Assembly: GCA_016748015.1 (NCBI GenBank)
Contig: JAAOMT010000532.1
Location: 3,953 to 48,240, forward strand
Source: Geosiphon pyriformis uo1
Lineage: Eukaryota > Fungi > Glomeromycota
Direction: 5' to 3'
Length of the DNA: 44,288 nt
The notes beneath the pieces were generated by a model that saw nothing but the letters and a program-made list of their open reading frames with translations, was not told the DNA's origin and did not search any database. The position numbers and the translations under genes are program-made. Below are positions 1 through 11,869 of the stretch, piece by piece (the stretch's first letter is position 1; each line of letters starts with the position of its first letter).

Positions 1-211
1 AATTTTTGCTATGTTATATGGTTCAGGGTATTGTGTAAATTGATCATCTCAATTTCTATGGTCCAAATCGGGTTATTGATTAAATGATGATAATTGCTAA
101 TTTGATTAAATAATAAGTGAAATTCGAAACGATAATAATATATGCTAATTAATGATAGGAATTATAAAGGAAATTTCATGCTAATTAATAGCTAAAATTC
201 TACTGGTAACA
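1..211 (-). mobile_element. Terminal part of an LTR related to the element D LTR family, inserted into the RT region of element A (rest lies outside the window)
   Basis: Aligns by eye with 10861-11073 and 19735-19944 (gttcagggtattg...gggttatt...tatatgctaattaat...ctggtaaca). It ends in TGGTAACA, after which Gypsy RT coding resumes. Confidence 0.8.
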
Positions 212-2217
212 ACGCCAATCCATCCAATTTCTTGGTCATCTTGTTACAAAAGATGGAATCTTTTCTGACTTAGCTAAAGTTGAGAAAGTTCAAAACATTA
301 GACAACCAATGAATGTTCCTGAACTATGCTTTTTTCTTGGTTTGACCTTTTACTATCCTAAATTTATCAAGGATTTCTCCAAAATTGCCTTTTCCCTCAA
401 TCAATTACTCAAGAAAAATGTCAATTATCACTGGGGCACTTATTAACAAAAAGCTTTTGAATTTCTGAAGGAAAAACTTGTTATTGAACCAATTCTCAAA
501 CAACCTAATCTGGACCAACTTTTTATCCTCTACACTGATGTATCTGATTATGGACTTGGTGCTGTTTTTTTACAAAAAAATGAAAATAGCAGAGAACATG
601 CCATAGCATATGCCAGTAGATCTCTCACACCAGCAAAAAAAAACTATTCAGTTACTAAACAAGAATGTTTAGCAGTAGTTTGGGCTACCAACTACTGGGA
701 TTAATATTTTCTTGGTGCAAAATTTTTAGTGGTAACAGATTATCAAGCCTTGGTTTGGCTGTGCAAGAAAAAAAAGCTGGAACACAAATAAATAACTCAT
801 TGGATACTCCACTTGGATGAATTTGATTATGATATTCAACACCACAAAGGAGCAAATCATCAAAACGCCAACACTCTATCTAAACTTACCATCCAGTGAC
901 AGTACAACCTCTCAAACCAAACCAACTTAATTATTAATAACTTCTTCATAAACAAACACGATAATGGACTTGAACAACTATTCTGCCTTAATGGAATTTT
1001 TGGGTAAAGAACAATACCCACTTGAATACACTTGACAGCAAAGAAAACATTTGCACAAACAATCAAATTTTTATTTGATCTGTCAGAACCAATTATACAA
1101 AAAAAACAGAAAAGATTCTGATTGCCTCCAAAGAGTCATCAGATTTGAAGAAAGAGAAATTGTAATATACAACATGCATATTGACCCATTAGCTGGACAT
1201 TTTGGAAAAACAAAGACAATTCAGAAAACTTTAGCTTGCTATTATTGGCCTACCTTGGAAAAAGACATTGCTGAATACATCAAAACCTGTGACATCTGCC
1301 AAAGAAGAGGCAAACCCAATTGCAAAAAAAATATCTATCCAATCTCTGTTGGTTAACTATTTGACAGAATTGGTATAGATGTTGTTGGACCTTTAACAAT
1401 CACTCCTAATGGCAACAGATATATTATTATAGCTACTGACTATCTTACAAAGTGAGTAGAAGCAAAAGCCACTCCAGACCAAACAGCAGTCTCAATAGCC
1501 AATTTTATTTATAAAGATATCATCTGCTGTCATGGCTGTCCCAAAAAACTTTTATCTAATAGAGGAAGAGCTTTTTTCAGTACACTGGTTGAAGAACTTT
1601 GTAGAAAAATGGGAATACGTCATAAACTTTCCTCCCCTTATCACTCCCAAACAAATGGCCTAGTGGAATGTTTTAATAGAACATTATGTGAAACCCTAGC
1701 CAAAACCAATGAAGAAACAAACTTATGGGACAAAGTACTGCTTTCAGCTTTGTTTGCTTATAGAACTGTGAATCATAACATAACATATTATGAACCTTTT
1801 TATCTGTTCTATGAATGTATAACAACACTACCAATAGAAACTGATATTGAAACAATACCCTTTAAAGAGATCACAATAGGAAATTACAAAGACATTTTGC
1901 AAAAAAGACTTAGTATCATTCTTAACTCCTTGGTAGAAACACAAATAATTGTTTTTGAAAAGATAAAACAGTTTCAAGAAAAGCTTAAGAAAAAGAAAAC
2001 CTATAAAACACTTTCTTTAAGTGTTGGTAACTTGGTACTAGAATATTGTTCAGACAGAAACAATGTTTATGGTGATAAATTCTCTAGCCAGTGGAAAGGA
2101 CTCTTTATAGTCAACAAAGTTTTGAACAATGGTTTTTATATTCTTCAAGATCAATCCAGAATAATCTTCAATGATTGTCTTGTTTATGGTACACAACTTA
2201 AAAAATATTATAAATAA
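212..2217 (+). pseudogene. pol: Gypsy pol fragment (RT-RNase H-integrase) of element A
   Basis: ORF fragments 1051-1356 and 1609-2217 plus stop-containing frames with canonical motifs. Confidence 0.88.
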
Positions 2218-2318
2218 CTTGATTGGCTGCCTGTTGTGGTAATATTGACTCAAATGATTAGCAAAAATCAAGTATAAATAAATGCACCATTCTCAAAACA
2301 AAGGTATCTTCAATTGAC

Positions 2319-2940
2319 ATGAACAATTATTTTCTGGATCAAAACATTCAAAATGCCTTCTATATTCTCCATGAGTATTGGATCAAAAACTATCCAAATG
2401 CTACTCTGACTATTAGAAAACAAACCACTATAACTGATAACAGTAGAATACATACTATTATTAGACCAAAAAAAACTACTACCAGAAGAGAAAGAATTGG
2501 TAATAAAATGGATAAATATCTGTTAGAAAGTATAACAGTAGTTATACTTTTATCTTTTAGCACAATTGGAAAAACACTTCAAGAAATCTTATCTATAGAC
2601 AAAAACTTGTCATATGAAAGGCAATTAGAACTCTATGGTCGCCTTGGTGAAATCATAGAGGATATGAAACTCATGAAGAAAACAACTTCAGAAATACAGG
2701 CAGAAATTTTAGGCATTATACAGTTAGATATTCCAAGAGTTTTAACTATTGCTAAAAGAACCAAAACTCTAATACAAAGATTTGGTCTCTTGGATACAAA
2801 ACTCATTTCATCTCAAATGTTATATATCTTATCCACAAAAGACTTTAACAACTAGTTAGCTTTGAGTTAGATAAAACTCTTTCAATAGATTACACTATAA
2901 ATAACTTGATTTTGTCAGAGCTCAATCTCTTTGAAGAAGA
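2319..2940 (+). pseudogene. Accessory ORF between integrase and 3' LTR of element A (unknown function)
   Basis: 178-aa ORF 2319-2855, probably extending to the PPT. Same position as similar ORFs in B and D. Confidence 0.6.
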
Positions 2941-2943
2941 TGA

Positions 2944-3741
2944 TATTATGGTTAAAACTTATACTTCTTATTAATTATCACATGTATTAGCCACTAATGT
3001 TATATAAATTAGCCACTCTATTTTTAGTAAGTGATCATTGACCTAATCAATGACCTGACCATTGACCTAATCATTGACCTGATTATTGATCTGATCAATG
3101 ACCTGATTATTGACCTGACTATTGACCTGATTATTGATCTAGTTATTGACCTGATCATTAATTACTTTTGACAACTATATAAACAATGAATCTCTTAGCT
3201 GTAGAAAAGCATGTTCAAAATAATCAAGAATAAATAAAATAACAACATTCATCTCAATCATTCTCTTATCGCTAATTTCTCCTTCCCTACTTTCAAGTAT
3301 TTGAACATCTTAAAGATAAAAGATTATTTGTTGGTTATTCCCTATCTTTTTTCTGAAACATGTAATTGCAGCAATTGAAGATTATTGAATAAAACGTAAC
3401 TGAAAAGCACATCTGATACTTGATATTGAATTCTAAGAGCATTAATGTGAGGCATAGAATTATATCAAATGTGATCATTTGTTGACAGTACGAACTATTC
3501 TTCTACTTTCAGATTCCCCAGTTACCTTTGAAAAGTATAGCAACTGAGATATTTTATGAGACTGATCTCGCACATTGAATTCATATTCATTCAATTTGCT
3601 CTTTGAAGTTGAATTCTCTTTGATTATTTCTATTACCCTACAATTCTGTTCTCTCTTGCTATCTATTAGCTTGTTACTCCAACCTGTAACAATATTATTT
3701 GTTGGCATATGGATTTGAGTAATATAATTTTAATCATTACA
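2944..3741 (+). repeat. 3' LTR of element A (boundaries approximate)
   Basis: Follows the purine tract gaagaagatga and ends ...cattaca, where LINE coding sequence begins. Confidence 0.65.
3032..3159. repeat. 12-bp tandem repeat (ATTGACCTGATC-like, ~10-11 copies) inside LTR A
   Basis: Direct reading: cattgacctaat/caatgacctgac/cattgacctaat/cattgacctgat... Confidence 0.9.
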
Positions 3742-4219
3742 AAAATAAAGTTAAAGTTTAGTATTAGACCATAGATTATAGATAAGTTTGATAATGTGAA
3801 GATTTTTATGTCTGGTCTAGACAAAAGTTTTTTTAGTGCTAAAGTGACTATTGTTATAAATAATTTTTTGGCTTATTATGTTTTAAAAGTGAAAGAAGTT
3901 TTTGGTTAGATTATTTTGGTGTGCTTTTTGTTTAAAATTAAACTATCAGTTATGATTTTAGGTTTGTATGCTGATGTTTCTGCTGAAACTAGGTTTGGCC
4001 AAGCTTTAAAAGTCAATTTTTTTATTGTTAAAGCAGTTAATTTTAGTACTTTTGTGGTTTTGGGTGGGAATTTCAATGAAAACAATTTAAAAAAAATGCA
4101 AGTTTCAAGTTTTGTGTGAATTTAGGCTTAATTAACTTATTTAGTAGACATTTATTAGGAAAAGCCCATACTTAAAGCAATTCTAAAAGCATTAAAAAAG
4201 TCATAGATTTTATATTTGT
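3742..4219 (+). mobile_element. LINE (non-LTR retrotransposon), APE endonuclease segment; continues at 25094
   Basis: Degenerate APE motifs ILGLYA, VVLGGNFN (GDFN) and KVIDFIFV. The frame continues across element B. Confidence 0.8.
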
Positions 4220-5025
4220 TGTTACTCATAAAATATAAGAAGTATATTAACATATAAATTAGCCAATCAGAAGTAGCTATAGTAAATGTGAAATTTCAAG
4301 ATTCCTCTCAAAAAGAATTGCAGGATTCCTCTTAAGAAGAATTGCAGGATTCCAGAAATTTCAGGATTCCTAGTGTGAAGAATTGAGGAATTGAGGAATC
4401 TCAATTATGTATATATAACAGTAGTATTAGAAGGAGAAAAAGCAAAATCCTTAGTTAAAAGACCTCCCAGTTTAGATCTGATCTAAGCAACTTTCCATTC
4501 ACAAACATTAATAAATAATTATTCACTATCTTAATCCATTCTTCACTATCAACACTTCATGTTGATAGTAATTGACACTTAATCATATTGGAACAATAGC
4601 TCTTGATTATGGCTATTGATGAAATACTAATATTCATTGCCTTGGCTTATTTTCTTTTTATTTTTTTTTATTTTTGTTGTTATTTCTTTGTTTTACTAAT
4701 TGATTAAAGGATTAAAAGTGCTAAGATAATGACATCATAGGAACTGGTAAAAGATCTGTGAAACAAAAGTAGAACACTCATAGATTTGAGGATAGCTTAC
4801 CAGGAAGATTACTGGCCACTATGCTAAAAAAAAAATTCGACAGAATTGCAATTCTAGGAGGCTACTGAAACCAATTATTAAATCTCTGTCTATTATACAA
4901 AGAACTCCATAATTAAACCTTCAGATCAACAAAACCTTCAGATATTATCAACAATATTATATCAATCAAGCACCAAGTTACGGGTTTGTTATTTGATTTA
5001 AGACCCCAAATAATCATCTGTAACA
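4220..5025 (+). repeat. 5' LTR of element B
   Basis: tgttactcata...ctgtaaca; highly similar to 24254-25093; internal gaattccagga-type short repeats at ~4290-4400. Confidence 0.92.
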
Positions 5026-5027
5026 TT

Positions 5028-5044
5028 TGGTGCTCTCTGTGAGG
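5028..5044 (+). promoter_or_regulatory. Primer-binding site of element B (TGGTGCTCTCTGTGAGG), probably elongator tRNA-Met
   Basis: Starts 2 nt after the LTR with TGG. Its complement CCTCACAGAGAGCACCA resembles eukaryotic elongator Met tRNA 3' ends; the tRNA identity is inferred. Confidence 0.7.
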
Positions 5045-5087
5045 TATAATCTTACAGAAAACCAGCACCAACAGCAATCATCCAAAA

Positions 5088-8000
5088 GTGGCAGAACCAG
5101 AAAACATAGGAGCAAACCATTTAGGATTTGCCAAATCCTTGTTTCAACAGTACAGCCAACAATTAGGATTAAACAATAACTATTTCCCAGTAGAATCAGT
5201 CTTTAATTTCTATGTCAACAATAAAATTACAGACTGCTTAAGAGAAACAGTTAACATTGAATCCACAAAAGAAAATTTCTATACAGAATTATTTCAACAT
5301 ACCAGCTTACCAAGAAACTACAGTTTTACACTAATCATCAAGGAAATCAATCAAACCATTGAAAAGTACACACAACAACAATTCCCTATCACCTATGCAG
5401 ACAAAGGCAAAGGAAAATTGCAAACACCAGCAGTAACACCAAAACAAATACAACCACCCACTTAGAAGAAAACCAGAGTTGAATCACCAACCAACCCATC
5501 ATACTATTATACACCAGAAAGTGCCATCAATATCTCATCAGCAGATGCATCCACATTAAATATGACATCAATATTTGGACGATTTCTATTTCAGAGTAAA
5601 CAAAGAAAAGAAGATCTTCTAGGACCATATGGTGTGTATTTTAAAGGATTTAAGTTACAATTACCAATGCCATCAGGACTTCGATCTCTGCCACTCCAAC
5701 CAGATTTTGGAACCACAAGTTTCTGGGAAATAACAAAATTGGAAGGAGAACAGAAAGAGGAGGAGAAAAAATTTAAAGATCAAGAATTTACTTACCAGAA
5801 TCTGATTCCTGAAAACCCAGAAATTGAAACCCCAAACTTTCAAACTCAGCAAAATCTAAACTTAGAAAATCCGGAAATCAGAACTCCAAATATTTAAGCA
5901 CTGCCAAATCAGAACAATCTAAACCCTGAGTTAATTAATCAGCAAAACTTACCTCCAGTAATTGTCATTGATTAGCCACCAGTTGAACTGATTTAACAGC
6001 AGCAAATACCACTGCAGCGGCCATTACAACAGCTATTTTAACCACTATAACAACCCAACTTAGATCCAATAGCATACACACCAATTGTGAAACTTGAAAA
6101 ATTTACTAGCAAAAAAGATGATGTCCAAGTATGGCTAAACAATGTGGAAAAAACCATTGCAGCCAACAGATAGAATAATGCTAAAGCCATGCAAGCCATT
6201 TCATATTTTCTACAAGACACTATCAACTTATGATACCAAAGCCTAATCAATAAACCTCAAGATTTCAATGCATTCAAAATTGAGTTCTTGAGATATTACA
6301 GCAACAATAACAGCATCAACTGGCTAGAAAACACCTTCACTATCATTAAACAAGAAGAAACCAAAGCTGTTACCACTTACTTAGAACACTTCCACAGGAA
6401 TCTGCACCAGATCCAAGCCATCGATACCAATTATTTCACAGCGGCCCAGATCCTAAACCAATTTATTCGTGGATTACACAATAGCATTCTGCAATGCGTA
6501 TGTCCAATGCATCCAGCCGACCTGCAAGCAGCCGTCACAAATGCCAGAAATTTTGAAGCAGCCAAATTAGAAGCTAACCATGCCCAAGCTGTAAATTTAG
6601 CAATAAATAGATTATCTGAATTGGATTCCAAATTGAAACAATTCAGTAATTCAATTAACCAGAAGCTTGAAGAGTACTTAGCTGACAATTACACAATTTA
6701 CCAGCCACCCCAACAATACAATAATTTAGGAACCACAAATTGCCCACAAAATCAGTCACGTTTTTTATTATTATTCAATTAGATGTGACAGTAAGAGACA
6801 TGTATTTGTCACTACTGTAGTAAACAAGGACATTTAAGAATCAATTGTAGATTAAGAATAGATAATTAATGATTGGGAAACCAATTTCAAAACCCTGATT
6901 GCTGGTTTCAAACTCTGAGATATCAATCCAACCCAGAAATCTATTAAGCAAATTATCTACTAGTGACACAGCAACCAATTTATCAACTACCTGTATATCA
7001 ATCTCCAATTTATCAACTGCAGCCTCAAGTAATATATCAACTGCAGCCACCAGTAATCTATCAACTTCAACAAATTCCAACTCCGCCACTAAATTTGGCT
7101 CAGGTGACATCAGAAAATCCTTAATCTAGAGTCACTCAAAACTGGAGATCAGCAATAGTTGTTCATCAACCAATTCCCAGCTTATTAAACCAGCCATCAG
7201 GATCACACCAGTAAAGTTCAGAGACCAGATATATCCAAAACCCAAGTTCCCAGAACTATTTAAGTTTCCTGGTTATCCCAGAAGACATCTTATTTGATAA
7301 CATGAAAACCAACCAAATACAGCCACTTATTAGCAACATTCTACCAGCTGCCAGTACTGAAGACAAATTACTAGCCGCTATATTCTCTTTTGATCTCAAT
7401 GAAATTATACCAGTTCCATTATTTAGTAGAGCCATTCTTGATACCAAACTGATTACAGCCATATATACTAACACTAAAGTCGATGGTCAACCTATCAAGC
7501 TTATTTTTGATAGTGGATCAGCAAGCAACATAATCACATGACAACTCATGGACCAATTAGGTTACCAAGTTGATCATGCTGCCAGTGCCAGAATTATTAT
7601 AGCTAATAGAGCTACAAAAACTCCCATTGGCGAGATTGATAACTTCTTTTTTGAAGTCAATGGCATTACTATATCAATTAAAGTTTTAGTAATGGAAGCC
7701 ACTCAATACTAGGCATTTGTTAGAAATAATTGGCTATTCAAAACAAATGCAACCCTTGATTGGACCACACAAGAGCTTTAACTGAGCCAGAACAGTCAAC
7801 ACACATATGTACCAGCCATGTGTGGTCACTTCAAAACAACTATCATGCCAGCACTACTAATTGAGCTTAAAGAAAAAAAAAACCTACCTGAGAAGCATAT
7901 CAAGTTTTGTGGACTGACAATGAGCATAACAAATTACCATCAGTGTCTTTATAAGATTACCAAAAAAAGAGAAAGCAAAAAAAAAATCTACCTGGAATAA

Positions 8001-9139
8001 TAATCAAACTTGGGGAACTGACAATGATTAGGACAAACTATCAACAACCTGAGAATAGGAAGAATAATACTAAAGGGAAAGAAAAAGAGAAAAAAAAAAT
8101 TCAACACCAAATCCTACTTACCATATATATACTTACATATTACCACAACCAAACTATCATTGACCAAAGCTTATATGTGGTGATTGCAGCAAGAAATTGT
8201 CATCAATGGGCACATACTGTGGCGACAATGAGGAATACCAAATAGCAACCAAGTTTTATTGTTGCTCATGTGTTATAGAACGTTTTGGAAGACTAAAATG
8301 AGTAAAAAAATGGGATAACAAACTCTGTTTGGCTTGTGGAGAAACTCTTCTAGATAAAAGAATGTAGAACAACATTCTTGGATGAGGAGAAACATGCAAT
8401 GAATTGTGTCAGTACACAATTCTCATAAGTGACTGGATTAGAAAAGAAACATTCATAGATGCTGCTTAGAGACAAGCAGTTAAACACTTGGATGGATGTC
8501 TACATGATAATGACAAAATTTGGTGAATGGCTTTTGCCAAAATCAAAAGAGTGTTACCAGAAGAAATAAAAATAATAAAAAACAATTTACCAAAACCTAT
8601 AGAACTTGACTGGGATCCAGAACCAGTCATAAATATACTGGATCCAGAATAATTCTACAAACACTATCAGAAATTAGCATCCACTAGAGAGGAACAAGAG
8701 CAATGGTTGGAAGAAATCAACACTTGACTATGTAACTATTGTTTGATTCCCTGTGATTTTCAATATTGTAATAAGTGTAACCTTATTTACAATCCACCAC
8801 CACGCATAATCTACACAATTCCAGAGGAAAATGAACCAATCAGCTGCTGTGCATTGGAATTGGGATCAACTTTCAATCTTGATTCAAACTCCAACAATGA
8901 TGATGACAAAAACAATGATTCCAGCTTTGCACAAAATGGCAATGAAAACATTAACAATTCGAATTCTGATTCAAACCCCAAAATATACATTGAACTTTCT
9001 GATCTTACCAAGGAGCAAGTACTGAAATAGTTCAGTGATAATAACAAAGATATTATGCCCAAACACATGCATAATACTGATGTAGGATTTAATCTAAGAT
9101 ATTCAGGAAAAAATGCCATCAAATTGAAACCACATTCAT
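5088..9139 (+). pseudogene. gag-pol: Element B gag (capsid, CCHC knuckle), aspartic protease, Cys-rich region and start of dUTPase
   Basis: Retrotrans-gag-like frames 6060-6780, zinc knuckle CHYCSKQGH at ~6807, protease LIFDSGSASNII at ~7500, dUTPase motif I (DVGFNL) at ~9079. Confidence 0.85.
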
Positions 9140-10090
9140 TGTTACTCATAAAATATAGGAAGCATATTAACATATAAATTAGCCAATCAGAAGTAGACAT
9201 AGTAAATGTGGAATTTCAGGATTTCTCTCAAAGAAATTGCAGGATTCCAGGAATTTCAGGATTCTCGTATGAGGAATTGCAGGATTCCTGAATTCCAGAA
9301 TTCCTCTCAAAGAAATTGCAGAATTCCAGGAATTCCAGGATTTTTGACATGAAGAATTAAGAAATTGAGGAATCTCAAATACATATATATAGCAATAGTA
9401 TTAGAAGTTAGAAAATTAGTCAACGAGACTCAGAGTTAATTGATTTGTAGAGTCAATTAGACTCATAGAATCAATTAGACTTGCAAATCATAATTATTAA
9501 AAATACAAAAAAAAAAAAAACTCTCTTAGTTTAGACCTTTCAGTTTAGATTTAATCTAAGCAACATTCCAGTTCCCAATCATCAAATAAATAATTATTCT
9601 ATATCTCAACCCACTCTTCACTATCAACACTTCATGTTGATAGTAATTAATACTTAACTACGCTGGAACAATAGCTCTTGATCATGGCTATTGACGAGAT
9701 ACTAACAAATTTGCCTTGGCTTATTTTTTCTATTTTCTTTATTTTATTTTCTTTATTTTATTTTTTTTCTTTCTTTGATTTTGTTGTTGTATACTAATTA
9801 ATTAAAAGATTAAGTGCTGAGTTATTGACATCAAGGATAGCCTGGTAAAAGACCCAGAAATAAGGGTAAGATTTTATATATTATCGGATAGCTTACCAGA
9901 AGGGCACAACTGCCAGACTAAATCCGGCCACTACACTAAGAAAGAAATTGGGAAAACTCTTGGAAAAATACATCTACTATCGACACTATTGAATCTCTGT
10001 TCATTATACAAAGAACTCCATCCAAAACCTTCAGATATAACACTTATAGAACATTATCAATGGAGGTAGCTTTTGAGCACCAAGTTACAG

Positions 10091-11073
10091 TGTTACCAGA
10101 GGTTTTTGGTCTCTTTTCTTAAATGTTGTTAATGTTGATTTGTTGTGAATTCATGTTTCCAGGAAGTAGTTGGACCTCCAGTAACTGAATTTATCTTCAA
10201 ATTATCTCCTATAATTTGAACTTGCTGGGCTTATGAGTGGAATGGCCAGTTTCGTGCCAGTTGCTTTATGTAGTTACGTTGTAGTAAATGTCAACTTTTT
10301 TCCAGAAATTGCTCATCTGGAAGCTCACTAAAAATGTGTAGTTACTTTGCTGTGAAAGTCAACTCTTCTACAGGAATCTTGTCTGTAGGCTACCCTAATG
10401 ATTGTAATAAGAAAATAAAAAAAAAATAAAAGAAATGTAAAAGAAATAGAATTCTGTCAAGAGAAACGTTTTCTATCCAGGCCTGGAGTTACTAACAGTT
10501 TATTGAAATTGGTAGCTAATCAATTTCAAAACATCAGTTGGGTTTTTGGGGACTTTCCAAGTACAATAATTAAAAATTTTGGTTTTTTTTGAATTATTTG
10601 ATATTTTTATTTTTTTTTGTGTATAGGAACAGTTTTAAGAGATAAATTTAAAGTAAGATACATTTTCTTGAAGAGAGATGCTCTTTTTTTATACAACTTG
10701 TTGTAACACTATTCTATGAACTTGAACTTTGTTATTTTCTACAATTTCGTTGAACTAAAGATACATTTTGGCAAACTACAAGTTATTTCTGCAAACTATT
10801 AGATATTTCGATGAACTATCAATTATTTCGGCAAATTTCTACAAATTTCGGCAAACTTTTGAATGTTACATAGTTCAGGGTATTGCATAATTTAATCATC
10901 GCAATTAGGTTACATTTGTGTTGTGTACAAATTGGGTTATTAATTAAATGATAATTTCGGATATTTTGCTAATATAATAAGTGATAATTTGAAATAATAA
11001 TATATGCTAATTAATAATAGGATTTATAAGATAATTTTATGCTAAATAATATCTCTAATTTTGTCTGGTAACA
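10091..11073 (-). repeat. 3' LTR of element D
   Basis: tgttaccag...ctggtaaca 9-bp terminal inverted repeat; near-identical to 18973-19944. Confidence 0.93.
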
Positions 11074-11079
11074 TAACCT

Positions 11080-11761
11080 CCTCCTCAAGACTGAGCTCCA
11101 TTGAAGTCCAAGTACTGTTTGTAATTTCCAGATAGTAATCCAAAATTATTGAAGAAATTTGGTCTGAAAATTGTTGAAATTTCAGTTCTGTGAGCTTTTT
11201 AATGTATTGAATCTTCAAAGGTTGTAAAATTGGGTTTTGTAGGACATTTTCACAGGTGTGGAATAGGTCATAAAGTCTAAGAGCAGCTCTGAGCTTGTAG
11301 CGACTGTTTGTTGGTCCAGCTGTTGTCTTGAATTTGATGTGGAGTTGTTTCTAAATAGCTTCTTTTGTGAGATTTGCTGTTGTAAGTTCCAGTTTCCGTT
11401 CGTAGAGTGTTTTTTCGATGTGGAAATATTTATAGATTGGAGCATATTCAGTGTTTTCCTCATTGAGACACAGTTGAAGTCTTTGTTGAATTGTAGCATT
11501 TGGTGGAATACTAATCAGAGTGAGCATTAGGTTTTCTCTTAAAGCAAGCTTTAAAAGTTTTGATAGGTGAATTCCAGAATAACTTCTTGTGTTCTTCTTA
11601 TATGGGTGATATTTTCGTGAATTTGGGGCTAAATTTGTAACTACTTTTGTTTGGGTATAATTAATGTGGTTTCCAGTAACAATAATGAATAATTCAGGTA
11701 TTGTTTTTAAAGCTAACATTAGTTTTTGGGATAATTGTTGAATGTTTTGAGGAATAGTCAT
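11080..11761 (-). pseudogene. Accessory post-integrase ORF of element D (frameshifted)
   Basis: ORF pieces 11351-11761 and adjacent frames; resembles the B ORF at 23571-24240. Confidence 0.6.
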
Positions 11762-11869
11762 TATAAGAGATTTGAAATAAAAGAAAATTATTTTTGGTGT
11801 ATGGGTTTTTATGTTATTTTTGTTTTGATTGTTTCTAAATTATAAGGGACTAACTAGTAAAATTAATTT

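Larger units (their letters stand above)
212..3741 (+). mobile_element. Ty3/Gypsy LTR retrotransposon A, 3' portion (RT end, RNase H, integrase, extra ORF, 3' LTR); degenerate
   Basis: RT thumb (FLGHLVTKDGI), RNase H (LYTDVSDYGLGAV, IAYASRSL), integrase H2C2 (HIDPLAGHFG...CDICQRR) and core (GIDVVGPL, SPYHSQTNGLVE). Purine tract at ~2933-2943. Many stops and frameshifts. Confidence 0.9.

Noticed and set aside
3032-3159. CRISPR-like array
   Set aside because: Head-to-tail 12-mers without unique spacers, inside a eukaryotic LTR, with no cas genes
3475-3708. 77-aa minus-strand ORF
   Set aside because: Lies within LTR A and has no motif; probably chance
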